In this document: positions 38,291-50,775 of the stretch, piece by piece
How positions within the stretch are numbered: the stretch's first letter is position 1
How the letters are laid out: every line of letters starts with the position of its first letter
Source: Malacoraja senta
Taxonomy: Eukaryota
Direction of reading: 5' to 3'
NCBI GenBank assembly: GCA_038087875.1
Contig: CM075978.1
Coordinates: 187,302,001 to 187,366,000 of the forward strand
DNA length: 64,000 nt
Position numbers and translations under genes: made by a program
Notes under the pieces: generated by a model
The model's input: the letters and a program-made list of their open reading frames with translations, nothing else
Told to the model about the DNA's origin: nothing
Databases searched by the model: none

Positions 38291-39312
38291 AAAACGAAAG
38301 ATGCTTTTTCATTTCCTATCCATCAGTTCTCTCGCTATTACTTTTCTTTTGCTTTTCGTGTCGGTGACTGACAGTAAAAATTCATAACGTAAGAGTAACT
38401 GGATCATTTAGTACATAATCTTGTACCAAATACACATCATGTGCAGTGCCGTGAAATATGCCGCTAATCCTCGGAGAATGAGTGAGAGTGCGGCAGTACC
38501 ATACAACAGCATGCATTTGAAGATCTTGGAATCTTTGTGTGCATACATACATACATACATGTATACACCTTAAAGGAAATACATTATCTTCAGATTTATT
38601 TCAAAATCATAGGAAAGTGAACCAGGCAATAAATATATTGATCAACAACTATCTAATTTATCTCCGATTGAAGTGTACAACAGGGAATATATGTATTTAA
38701 AATTGTATGTAATATTTTCTATCGTATTCCTGACAAACAATTTTGTTCCCCTAACCCGCTCAACCCATCTAACAAATTGGAATATATTATCTTGTGTAAA
38801 ATGATGATTCAGCAAGCACATTTTCAAAAATCTAGTGAGCCATTAAATGAAACACAAGGAGAGCAGCTGAACTGCTGGTATTTAAAGCCAACCTTAAACA
38901 AAACGCTGACATAACAAGAATTTTCCCTGAAGAATATGATTTAACATCCACAGAGTCCAAACCCACTTGCCATCTAGTCTTTGTGTGGTGCATTGTATAG
39001 GCCGTGTGTAGTTTTACTTTAGCATGTGCAGCAGTCAATGGTACTTCAGCTTTACACAGCCCTAGGCTTGTGTTATGTTTCACAGCTTGACGGAGGACCC
39101 ATCTGTGTCCACCGATAAGGAGATTGGAGAAAGTGAGAAAAGCAGAGTTGGTTTGTTATTACTCCCAAACGTTGAATTCTGTATTCCCCAGTGATCGTTG
39201 AATGGTAAAGTGCTGGATATTTATCACGGTTTCAGTGTACTCTTTGCCGTTCAGGAATGGGACTCGGTAATAAAATCAAAAATATGTAGAATTATTGTTC
39301 TCTTGCATTCAG

Positions 39313-39332
39313 ATGGCTCACTCCCTATCTGG
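39313..39332 (+). other. Candidate 20-nt micro-exon
   Basis: TTGTTCTCTTGCATTCAG|ATGGCTCACTCCCTATCTGG|GTAAGT: consensus acceptor and donor in unique sequence. Confidence 0.35.
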
Positions 39333-39776
39333 GTAAGTTATTGAAGAACAGCCAAACTATTTCATTGCCGTAGCTCACGTGAAACTGTTCTCATCTGAGT
39401 AAAAAACAAAAACTGCTGTAAAGTCTGAAGAATCTGAGGAAAAAATGTTTTTAAGTTTGAAAATCGTACTCGGGTAGATTTGTAAAATAAGGGCAATATT
39501 TCAATTAAAGGTCAAGATTAGTATTATATTTTTCTCACTGATAATGTGCCACCTTAATACCTAAACCACAGAGAACAAATATCTGTGGTGATGAATTTCA
39601 CTTTTTGCAAAAAATCCCAGCCATGTAGGAAGCAATAAAGTTATTTATGGGTGCAGTGTTCTCTAAGCCCAAAATTGATTACAATTCATTCAAACTTTTT
39701 AATCAATTTTGTACATTGTGCCATCGTCAGGGTCCCACTTGAGGGATAGGTGGGAAACGACTCACTTAAAAACAAT

Positions 39777-39974
39777 GGTAGACAAAAATGCTGGAGAAAC
39801 TCAGCGGGTGAGGCAGCATCTATGGAGCGAAAGAAATAGGCGACGTTTTGAAGAAGGGTCTCAACTCAAAACGTCGCCAATTTCCTTCACTCCATAGATG
39901 CTGCCTCACCCGCAGAGTTTCTCCAGCATTTTTGTCTACCTTCGACTTTCCAGCATCGGCCGTTCCTTCTTAAA
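39777..39974. mobile_element. Penelope-like fold-back insertion with perfect 14-bp TSD
   Basis: Inverted arms 39777-39850 and 39867-39940; TSD CACTTAAAAACAAT at 39763-39776 and 39975-39988. Confidence 0.88.
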
Positions 39975-40026
39975 CACTTAAAAACAATTGTGCTTGATAA
40001 TTGTCTGCTTATAATGCAAATGTGTT

Positions 40027-40330
40027 GGAGCCTCGACGGCGGCGGTGAGCCCCTCAGTGGTGAAGGTTGAACCTCGCGGGTCGACCCAGGGTTGGCGGTC
40101 GATGAGGGCGCGGGGGAACCACCGTGAGGGGGAAGAACAATGGAGGACCCGGCATGGAGGGACCGCCGGGTGGGAGGGGAAAGAACGGTGGTGGACCCAG
40201 TGTGGGGGGTGGGGGGGGGGGGGAAGGAGAAGCCTGTGGGCGTACTTTGTATCTTTGGGCTGCATGGAGTTGGGTATGCAAGCAAAGAATTTAATTGTAC
40301 CTGTAACAAAGTATTCCATTACATTCCAAA
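40027..40330 (+). mobile_element. GC-rich short interspersed repeat with Rex1/Babar-like tail
   Basis: Shares GGAGCCTC..CGG / CCGTGAGGG..GAACAA.GG..GACCCGG motifs with 37800-37935; tail GCAAAGAATTT..TGTACC..AAAGTATTCCATT. Confidence 0.55.
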
Positions 40331-41534
40331 TATGGTATAAACATCAAATAGTAGCGAATGTTTAGGCAATGGTTATCAAACGGAATTGAACCTATTTCTG
40401 TAGTTTTTGGTTGGCTTTGTTTCATAAGTACAAGTCACACTTTTTTTTGGTATGCATGCTCTATTTCCCCTAAATATTGTAAAAGGAGGGTTATTTTTTG
40501 CTCTATTATGGCAGAGCATCAATGTCACTTCACAGTTCTGGGGATCTGGGTTCATTCTTCACCAGTTGCTGGCTGTGTGGACCTCATCCCATGACCACAT
40601 GAGTTTCCTCTGGATGCCCTGGTTTCCTCCCAGATCCTAAAGATCTGGGAGGAAGATCTAAAGATTCCTCAGCTTCTTCAGACTTTGCAGCAGTTGTAGG
40701 CTAATTGGTTTCTGTAAAATTAGCCCTTTGTGTAGGTAAGTAGCAAAACAAAAGGTAGTTAATGCGTATATGTCGAGAGGATAAATTACAGGACTATAAG
40801 AGAGGAAATTAAACTGATGGGACCTGAAATGAACCCGAATGGCTCACTGGCCTTCTGTGTTACGATCAGTAAGTTCAATGAAATCAGAAACCTTTGTCAC
40901 CAGTCTTTCCTCATTTATAGCATTGTCCCTGAAATGGCATAAGACTGAGTCTTGGACTAATGTCAACCTAAATATGTCTGTGCTGTTGAAATATAGAACG
41001 CGTCTCAAATGACGTTTGCGCATAGTCCAAACTCCAATAATAGCAATGTGGTGATGACCATGCATTTGCTTCTGTTATGTTACTTGAAGGATAAATGTTA
41101 GCCTGGATACCTTTCAATATTTGTGCTGCACAAATACCTGCCAGGCAGTGACCATTTCCAACTAGAGTCTAACTATCTTCTTGCCCTTTCATGATATTGG
41201 TTTGCTGAATTCCCCCTTCTCCTCTGCAATCAACATTCTGGCATAATCTTGACCAAACCCTAACAGGAGCAGCTCCGTAAAAGCCTTTTACCTTGTACCA
41301 CCATGTACATGCCACAAGTCAGGATGGAGTTATCTGAATCATTGCACAGCTCCAGACTACTGAAATCCTCACTACCATGCAGGCAAAGCAATCCATCTGG
41401 TTGATACCCCATCCACAACCCCAAACGTTTGCTCTCCATGCCATGGTTTTGTCGTATGCCGTCTGCAAAATATACTTCAGCAATTCACCAAGGCTACTTC
41501 TACTTTCTGCCAACATTTGCCTCGCAAAAAAGTT

Positions 41535-42620
41535 AAATCTGCATTGTAGGTGGTGAATCTGTGGAATTCTTTGCCACGGAAGGCTGTGGAGGGCTGAGAT
41601 AGATAGATTCTTGATTAGTACGGGTGTCAGGGGTTATGGGGAGAAGGCAGGAGAATGGGGTAAGGGGTGCGAGATAGATCAGCCATGATTGAATGGCAGA
41701 GTACACTTGATGGGCCGAATGACCTAATTCTTCTCTTATCACTTATGACCTTATGTAACACTTAGATCTGTATTAGGAGCAAGAGTGTAGTTCGGGAATG
41801 CATAGCTCCAATCGAGGAAAAAGGAGGGAATTTATGCGGGAATCAAAGGAACTGGGCAAGGTCCTAAATGAGTACTTCACATGAGTATTCTCCAAGGAAG
41901 AGGACATATATGATGGTATTAGGAAAGGGTATGCTGGTATCAAGAAGTTGTGGATATTGAGGAAGGTTGTTCACGGATACAACAGGATATAGATCAGCTG
42001 GAAATTTGGATGGAGAAATGGTAGATGGAGATTAATCTGGATAAATGTGAGGTGATGCATTTTGGGAGGTCAAATGAAAGGAGAAATTATATAATGTGAT
42101 AGATCCCAATGAGCATTGATGTGCAGAGAGATCTTGGATAAAGGACCTATATCGTAGATAGTGGCAACATAAGTAGATAGGATGATAAAGAAGGCCGATG
42201 ACATGTTTGGCTTAATTGGTCGAGGTATTAAGTGTATAAGTCATGTTGCAGCAGTATTTCATTCTGGTCACCCTGCTATAGTAAAGATGTGATTAAACTG
42301 GAAAGAATGCAGAAAAGATTTACAAGAATGTTGTCAGGACACGAGGGCCTGAGCTACAGGTAAAGGTTGGCAGGAGACTGAGGGGTGATCTTAAAGAGAG
42401 ATATATATATAAAATGAGACGAATAGATAAGGTGAATGCACAGAGTCTTTAACACAGAATAAGGGAATCAAGAACCAGAGGAAGTGGTTTAAGTTGAGAT
42501 GGTAATATTTAATAAGAATTTGAGGGGAAACATTTTCACATTAGGACAGTGGGTAGTTGTGGAATGAGGACATAGTTGAGGCAAGTGCATTAACAACATT
42601 TGAAAGACATTTGGGCAGGT
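41535..42620 (+). mobile_element. CR1 fragments (3' tail 41535-41755; degenerate ORF2 41775-42620, continuing 44239-44830)
   Basis: VVNLWNSLP, (CTTATGA)n tail, KCEVMHFGR, LERMQKRFTRML; the 3' part is split by the Tc1 insertion. Confidence 0.75.
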
Positions 42621-42621
42621 A

Positions 42622-44238
42622 CAGTGGCTTGCAAAAGTATTCATACCCCTTGAACTTTTCCACATTTTGTCACGTTACAACCACAAACGTAAATGTATTT
42701 TATTGGGATTTTATTCGATAGACCAACACAAAGTGGCGCATAATTGTGAAGTGGAAGGAAAATGATACATGGTTTTCAAATTTTTTTACAAATAAAAAAC
42801 TGAAAAGTGTCACGTGCAAAAGTATTCAGCCCCCCTGAGTCAATACTTTGTAGAACCACCTTTCGCTGCAATTACAGCTGCAAGTCTTTTGGGGTATGTC
42901 TCTACCAGCTTTGCACATCTAGAGACTGAAATTTTTGCCCATTCTTCTTTGCAAAATAGCTCAAGCTCAGTCAGATTGGATGGAGAGCGTCTGTGAACAG
43001 CAATTTTCAAGTCTTGCCAGAGATTCTCAATTGGATTTAGGTCTGGACTTTGACTGGGCCATTCTAACACATGAATATGCTTTGATCTAAACCATTCCAT
43101 TGTAGCTCTGGCTGTATGTTTAGGGTCGTTGTCCTGCTGGAAGGTGAACCTCCGCCCTAGTCTCAAGTCTTTTGCAGACTCTAACAGGTTTTCTTCCAAG
43201 ATTGCCCTGTATTTGGCTCCATCCATCTTCCCATCAACTCTGACCAGCTTCCCTGTCCCTGCTGAAGAAAAGCATCCCCACAGCATGATGCTGCCACCAC
43301 CATGTTTCACAGTGGGGATGGTGTGTTCAGGGTGATGTGCAGTGTTAGGTTTCCGCCACACCAAGCGTTTTGCATTTAGGCCCAAAACTTCAATTTTGGT
43401 CTCATCTGACCAGAGCACCTTCCTCCACATGTTTGCTGTGTCCCCCACATGGCTTGTGGCAAACTGCAAATGGGATTTCTTATGGCTTTTTTTCAACAAT
43501 GGCTTTCTTCTTGCCACTCTTCCATAAAGGCCCGATTTGTGGAGTGCACGACTAATAGTTGTCCTGTGGACAGATTCTCCCACCTGAGCTGTGGATCTCT
43601 GCAGCTCCTCCAGAGTTACCATGGGCCTCCTGGCTGCTTATCTGATCAATGCTCTCCTTGCCCGGCCTGTCAGTTTAGGTGGACGGCCATGTCTTGGTAG
43701 GTTTGCAGTTGTACCATACTCTTTCCATTTTCGGATGATGGATTGAACAGTGCTCCGTGAGATGTTCAAAGCTTGGGATATTTTTTTATAACCTAACCCT
43801 GCTTTAAACTTCTCCACAACTTTATCCCTGACCTGTCTGGTGTGTTCCTTGGGCTTCATGATGCTGTTTGTTCACTAATGTTCTCTAACAAACCTCTGAG
43901 GCCTTCACAGAGCAGCTGTATTTATACTGAGATTAGATTACACACAAGTGGACTATATTTACTAATTAGGTGACTTCTGAAAGCAATTGGTTGCGCTGGA
44001 TTTTATTTTGGGGTATCAGAGTAAAGGGGGCAGAATACTTTTGCACGCGACACTTTTCAGTTTTTTATTTGTAAAAAAATGTGAAAACCATGTATCATTT
44101 TCCTTCCACTTCACAATTATGCGCCACTTTGTGTTGGTCTATCACATAAAATCCCAATAAAATACATTTACGTTTGTGGTTGTAACGTGACAAAATGTGG
44201 AAAAGTTCAAGGGGTATGAATACTTTTGCAAGCCACTG
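42622..44238 (-). mobile_element. Full-length Tc1-like transposon, family B (Passport/PPTN-like), 1617 bp
   Basis: TA TSDs; ~210-bp TIRs starting CAGTGGCTTGCAAAAGTATTCA with only a handful of mismatches; inner direct repeat TGCAAAAGTATTC. Confidence 0.97.
42840..43859 (-). pseudogene. DD34E transposase (339 codons) with a single in-frame stop at 43638-43640
   Basis: ORFs 43638-43859 and 42840-43622 are in the same frame, joined by TAA-AARRP; paired HTH, GRPPK, WSDETK, QQDND-34-NPIE all intact. Confidence 0.95.
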
Positions 44239-45977
44239 TATATGGATAGGGAAGGCTTAGAGAGATATGGGCCAAGCATGGACACATGGGACTAGCTTAG
44301 ATGGGGCATCTTGGTTGACTTGGACAAGTTGGGCCGTGATGTGTGACCTCTGACTCGAAAACTTTGGTTAGGCAACATTAGGAGCATTATGTGCATTTAT
44401 GGTTGCCTCACTATAAGAATGATATGGAGGTTTAAACTGTAGAAAAGGTTCATCTGGATATTTCCTGTGTTAGCTATAAAGAGAGATTGGACACATTTGG
44501 ATTGTTTTCTATGGAGTATCAGAGATTGAGGATAGGAACTGATTAACAATTATGAAAGGCATAGATAGGGTAGACAATCAGTCTTTCTCCCAGGGTGGAA
44601 ATGTCAAATACTAGAGGTTTAAGGTGAGAGAGGGAAAGTTTAAAGAAGATATGCAAGTTACATTTTTTAAACAAAGAATGGTAGATGCAGGAGAGACAGC
44701 ATTTGGACAGACACATGAACCGAAAGGGAATAAAGGGATACAGATCATATTGCTGGCAGATGGGATTAGTTAGATTGGCATTCGACTTGGTGGGACAAAG
44801 GGTCTGTGCCTGTCCTGTGCAATTTTATGTTCCTCTCAAGTCACGCACCATCTGACATGCAAATTTATCGGCATGCGTTCAATATTCCTAGTCAGAATCC
44901 AGGAGCTTTTTACCTAATAACCCTGCACCCACTATCACCTTCTCAAGGGCAATTATGCATGTGCATTAGAAGCTGACCTTGCCACTGAAGCTCATGATGC
45001 ATGAAATATATATATTTTTTAAACCATGGGGATTTTTTTGCATCCAGCTGAGAGGGCAGAGAGGACATCCTCTCTGTGTAATGGTCCAGCACACCCTCAA
45101 TGCCACCTTCATTGCTGTGTTTGAGCTGACACACCTTGTGGCAGGTTGTTCAGTCTACTGTGGTGGAGAGGGCATGAACCAGTTAATTTCCTTTTAAATT
45201 GAGAGGCTCTTCACTCCCCCAATGCTGTGCCTTAATTTTATCTGCGCTGATGTAAATGCAAAAATGTAATGGCATTAAATCAATGAATATTAATTTGACA
45301 GTGTTCATCTCAGCTTTGGGTTGTCAGATGAAATCTCAACAGCAAGGTGCTTTAAATTGAGCTATAGTTCAGAATTTAATGCAAAAAAAAAAGAAAAAAG
45401 ACTTCAAATGATTTGCATGGAATACTTGGAATCAGTCTTTGTGAAAAGCATACAAGTCAGCAGCTGTTGGTGTTTTGGTTTGAACGGTTAATTTTGATAA
45501 CTAGATATTCCCCAGCCAGTAAATGATGCTAATTTTTAATTCTCTTAAGTATTTGCTGTGCTGAAGCCCACATAGAAGCTGGTATGAATGAAAGGGAGAT
45601 CTTAATTAACTGTTGTTTTAACAAAGTGATTTGCTAAGCAAAAAAAAAGCTAATGCCAAAGTGAGCCTTTTATAAGTTAACAACATGCAGTGGTATTATT
45701 TCCATTTCTATCTCCGTTAGACTCGTCTTTTATTTCATCATTTACCAGATAGTCATTCCTTTTTATCATACATCACAATACATGAATCAAGACCATTTAA
45801 TTTTTTTATACTGATAATCAGTGAATAAGCAGTGCTTATATGAAGGAAAATACCTCGTAAAACTCATGTCATTTTTAATCTAAGTAATAGGATTACAAGT
45901 ACTGATTGACTTATTTTTTTATATCATTTAATTTATATAAATGCATTTGACGTGACGGCAAGCTGAAAACAGATTCT

Positions 45978-46250
45978 GGTGGCACAGAGGCAAAGTTGCT
46001 GCCCTACAGCGACAGACACCCGGGTTCGATCCTGACTACAGGTGCTGTCTGTACGGAGTTTGTGCGTTCTCCCTATGACCGCTTGGGTTTTCTCCGAGTT
46101 CTCTGGTTTCCTCCCACACTCCAAAGACGTACAGGTTTGTAGGTTAATTGGCTTCTGTGAATTGTAAATGAGATAGTGCAGGTGTACGGGGCGATTGTTG
46201 GTCGGAATGGACTCGGTGGGCCGACAGGCCTGTTTCCATGCTGTATCTCT
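45978..46250 (+). mobile_element. V-SINE (HE1-like)
   Basis: B box GGTTCGATCC, V-domain, CR1-like tail GGGCCG..GGCCTGTTTCC..GCTGTATCTCT. Confidence 0.88.
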
Positions 46251-46490
46251 CATATAAAGAAAAGTGCTGATACCAAATTTAAAATCTACCAGGTGCATAA
46301 CACTTTCATAGTATCGCCGGAAATGCTCAGCAGCTTCGGCAGAATATCAGGAGACCAAAATTACGTTAGTGCTTTAAAGTTACAAACTTGCATCAGAATC
46401 AGGAAATAGTTTGAGTTCCAGAAGTTTAAAGATGCATGGAAACAAGGGAAGTGCAAAATGGGAAGTCTTAGATTAGGAGAAATTCACTAA

Positions 46491-46805
46491 AAGCCCTGTC
46501 CCACGGTACGAGTTCATTCCATTAAAAAAAATCAAACTCGTAGTAAGCACGGAGAATGAACGTAGCGGGTACGTCTGAGCTCGGGGACGTCTCTTAGCGG
46601 CTCGTAAAGCTAACGGCAGGTACTCGGGAAGACTCGCTAATGGCAGGTAAGCACGGGAAGACTCGTGAAGATTTTTGAACATGTTGAAAAATGTCCACGA
46701 GAGCCCCAAGTACCGACGAGTGGCCATTACCGTAAATCTCCGAGTTCGAATCAGGGCAAACTCGGGAGAGCTCTTGGAATGAACTCGTACAGTGGGACAG
46801 GGCTA
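46491..46805. mobile_element. PIF/Harbinger-like MITE
   Basis: ~30-bp TIR AAGCCCTGTCCCACGGTACGAGTTCATTCCA; TAA on both sides (46488-46490, 46806-46808). Confidence 0.85.
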
Positions 46806-47551
46806 TAACAGAGGTACGTGGCATAAGAGAACGTGGCACAAAGCAACCAAACGATGAAGGAATAAATTACAAATAGTAATAGCAAAAACATCTGAAATTG
46901 CTGAAAATAATTAATATCATGGATTTAAATTATAATACAAAATTCAAAAGTCCCAATATTGCAGTTTCTGGAAATCTAAAATCTGCTTAATTCTCAAGCA
47001 AAGTTTATGGAGAGAGAAACAGATTAGATAGTCTTTGGACGCACTATATGGATACTGTTTCTCATCAGCAATTTGCCTAACCAGCACATGATTTTATTTA
47101 ACATTTAAATTGCTGATTGTTGGGAAATTGGTGCATGGCTCTCATTAGCTTACGGAAAGACAAACTAGTATTCCTTAGTTTACTTGACTTCATTGGAATT
47201 AATTTAGAAGGGTTCGAAGAGAGTGCAGAATGAAATTGAAATGCAGCAGAAAGCTCAAAATCATGCTTGTGGATTGAATCCGGCCTGGCTTTCCTAATTT
47301 GGAGGCGATAGTAAACTGAAAGAAATACAAGTAAATCACTGTCTTGCTTGAAAGAAATGTATGGGGACACTGAGCATTGGGAAGGAAGGGTAAATGAACA
47401 GGCCTTGCATTTTTCTGCTTATTGGAGGATGTGCCATGAGAAGGTAAAATGTGTGGATGATTGAAGTCTGGTCAGAAGTAATCCCCAAGTGAAGTTCAGT
47501 ATAAACCTAATGAAACAATTTCTCACATTCACATCATTTGCACTCAACATT

Positions 47552-47735
47552 GTTTAGTGTAGAGATACAGCGCGGAAACTGGCCCTCCTTGAGCCCACCG
47601 AATCTGCACCAACCAGTGATCCCCTTTCACTAGTCCTAATTTACATTCCAGGAACAATTTACCATTTTTACCTAAGCCAATTAACCTGCGTCCTTGGAGT
47701 GCAGCAGGAAACCAGAACAATCGGGGGAAACGCAC
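47552..47735 (-). mobile_element. V-SINE 3' part
   Basis: CR1-like tail and partial V-domain. Confidence 0.7.
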
Positions 47736-48102
47736 CCACTTCTTCCTTAACCCACCCCCCCCCCCCTGCTCCCCCTGATTCATTTTTATGTGGTTATTTG
47801 TCCCATTGAAATTTGTGTTTGCTTCGTGTCCTCATTTTTTTGTTTCTTAATCACTCCTGATTTGTAACTCATCACAGACTTCTCCCTATGTTTCCTTCCA
47901 TCTACCACTCCCCCACTTTCACTGCAACTTAGAGCATGTTGTATCATTTTTATAAATTCTCCTGAAGGATCATCAACCTGAATTGTAGGTTTTACTCACT
48001 CTCCACACGAAGTCTTAATCTACTGGGTATTTCTAGTCTATTTTATTAAAGATTTACAACATCCACAGTATGTTGTATTGGTTTTCATAAACCACTACCT
48101 CC

Positions 48103-48515
48103 ACCATATAACCATATAACCATAACAGCACGGAAACAGGCCATCTCGGCCCTTCAAGTCCGTGCCGAACATTTAAAAAAAATTTTTTTTTAATTAAAAA
48201 TAAATACTTCCCCCTAGTCCCATCTACCTGCACTCAGACCATAACCCTCCATTCCTTTCCCGTCCATATACCCATCCAATCTATTTTTAAAGGATAACAT
48301 CGAACCTGCCTCCACCACTTCCACTGGAAGCTCATTCCACACAGCTACCACTCTCTGAGTAAAGAAGTTCCCCCTAATGTTCCCCCTAAACTTCTGTCCC
48401 TTAATTCTCAAGTCATGTCCCCTTGTTTGAATCTTCCCTACTCTCAATGGGAAAAGCTTATCCACGTCCACTCTGTCTAACCCGCTCATAATTTTAAAGA
48501 CCTCTATCAAGTCCA
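48103..48515 (-). mobile_element. CR1 3' fragment (young), (ATGGTTAT)n tail
   Basis: ORF 48214-48522: DLIEVFKIM..RGH..FFTQRVVAVWNELP. Confidence 0.9.
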
Positions 48516-49084
48516 CTTTCAAGTTCTATCAAAGACCTCTTAAAGACCACGTTACTATTAATTTGTTACAACATAGAAGGATGCTATTCAGCCCACCTGA
48601 GCCTGTACCAACTATCAGAGTAATCCCATCAATTTCATTCCACCATTTATTTTCCTTTTAGTTTATTTCCTCTCATGCCCCTTAGCTCCCCACGCAACAA
48701 CTACAGGAGCAACTTACATTCGCCAATTAACCTATCAATCAGCAGCATATCTTTGCGATGTTGAAGGAGAAACAAAAGCATTTGGGGATTCCCACGTGGG
48801 AATGTAGGAAGATTGTGCAAATTCCACACAGACACCACCAGAGTTCAGGGTCAAACCTACATTGCTGGCACTGTGAGGCAGCGGCATTATCTGCTGCACC
48901 ACTGTCCTGTTGGCAAATTTGTACAGTTGTTTTCAGATTAAATGCTGTACTTTAACAGAGTAATTGCCAAACTTCATCTGTACCTCCTATATTTGTCCTT
49001 CCATATGCATCTCCTTTCCTAATGTTAAAAAGAACGGACAATCGGGTAGGGTAGCAGTATGGGTAATGATGACATAAATGCAAC

Positions 49085-50580
49085 AGTAAGGGGCAGAGTG
49101 CATCTACAACTATAGTTATAATATTGAAAGGCTTGTTATTTGAAAGCACACAAAACTTCTAACAAGGTTGATGAATTGATAGCACAAATAAGAGTCTATT
49201 GATGTGATCTGATCGCTATTGATCTCAAAGCTCGGAACTGAGTATTCCAGCATGCTTGATATTTTGGAAGGATGGATTAGAATGGAAAAGGAGGAACTGT
49301 AGCCCTGTTATTAAGGAATAAAGTCAGTAGCATAATGAGAAATTTTCTTGGCTCAGAATACCAAGCTGTAGTTATGAAATCCAAAAGACAGAAGTTCAAA
49401 GGTTGGAGTAGGATTACCGGGGAGTTGTACTGCAAAAGTCATAGGTGACACTAAACTTCAAATAGATTGGAATAATATATATTGTCATACATACCTTTAA
49501 AGATGATTGTATTTGGAAAAATTTTGTAGAAAACTTTTTGGGATCAACATTCTTGAAATGAAGAAGCCAAGACATTACCTATTTTAAATCTGGTGAATCA
49601 GGATTAATTACAGGGTTCGAGGGTAAAGGTGATCGTGACTTGATAGTATTTGATTCTTGTTTCAAGAGTGGGATACTGAATGTTGTGCCTTAAATTTAGG
49701 AAATTAATAGGTACAAAGGCAGAGTTGGCTAATTTGGACTGAGAAAATAAATTAAAAGATAAGTCGGTAGATAAGCAATAGAAGACCATGATGGAACTGA
49801 TAATTTTCAATCATATATTCAATGGAAAAATAAAAACTACGAGAAGAATGATTCTTCTCTGGTGAACTAGATTGAGGATGATGTCATATTGAAAAAAATA
49901 GACATATCATCTTGCAAAGATTAGCTGTAGGTCACAAGTTTGGGTAAAGCCAGTGGAAAATTGCAAATGCACTGCCTCTATTCAAGAAACAGAGTGGGGG
50001 GAGAGCCGAAACCATTGGATCAGTAAACCTAATCCCATTAGGTAGTAAATACTGGAATCATTTCTGAAACTGAAGAAATAATAGCAGGATAGATAAGAAA
50101 TTATAATACCGTCAAGCTAAGTTAACATAGTTTTATGCAAAAATAAATGTTTGCCAAATTCCTGAAGTGAAAGCACCGTGTGTAATGAGGAACAGTTGAG
50201 TTATTGTGCTCATTGTAACTTAGTAGAATAGGAGATCTTCTTGAATCATTCTGAGGGGAATTGACAGGATAGAGAATGTGTTTCCCTTCATGGGGGAATC
50301 TGTAAGTTTAGAGTGTAGTTTCAATGAAGATTGGGCTGAGCAGACTACTTTGAGGCTCATGAATCTTTGGAATTATTGACCCCAGTGTGATTTCAGTGAG
50401 CTTTATCGACCTCAGCACTGAGTATTATTTTTTTTTAGCTGGCATGGAGTTAAGGTTGTGGAGAAAGAACAGGAAAGTGGATCTGAGGCCAAGTTTGGCT
50501 AAGGCATAATCTTTGTGAATGTTGAAGCAGGCAGGACGAGGCATATGGCCTACTCTTACTCGTATTTCTGATGTTGTATG
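49085..50580 (+). mobile_element. Old, heavily deleted CR1 (APE to 3' end)
   Basis: NKVDELIAQI, GKGGTVALL, WKIANA.PLFKK remnants; 3' GGCCTACTC. Confidence 0.65.
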
Positions 50581-50635
50581 ATGTAAGCGGGCCAGGGCCA
50601 TCAACTCACCTGGATTCCACGCTAAGTTCCAGACC

Positions 50636-50775
50636 GAGAGTCTGAAGAAGGGTCTCGACCCAAAACATCACCTCTCCATGTTCTCCAGAGATGCTACCTG
50701 ACCTGCTGAGATACTTCAGCACTTTGTGTCCGTTTGTGTATTAACCAGCAACTGCAACTTGCTTGTTTCTACTAC
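50636..50775 (+). mobile_element. Penelope-like 3' end, degenerate core
   Basis: CTGAAGAAGGGTCTCGACCCAAAACATC at 50642-50669 plus tail. Confidence 0.8.
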
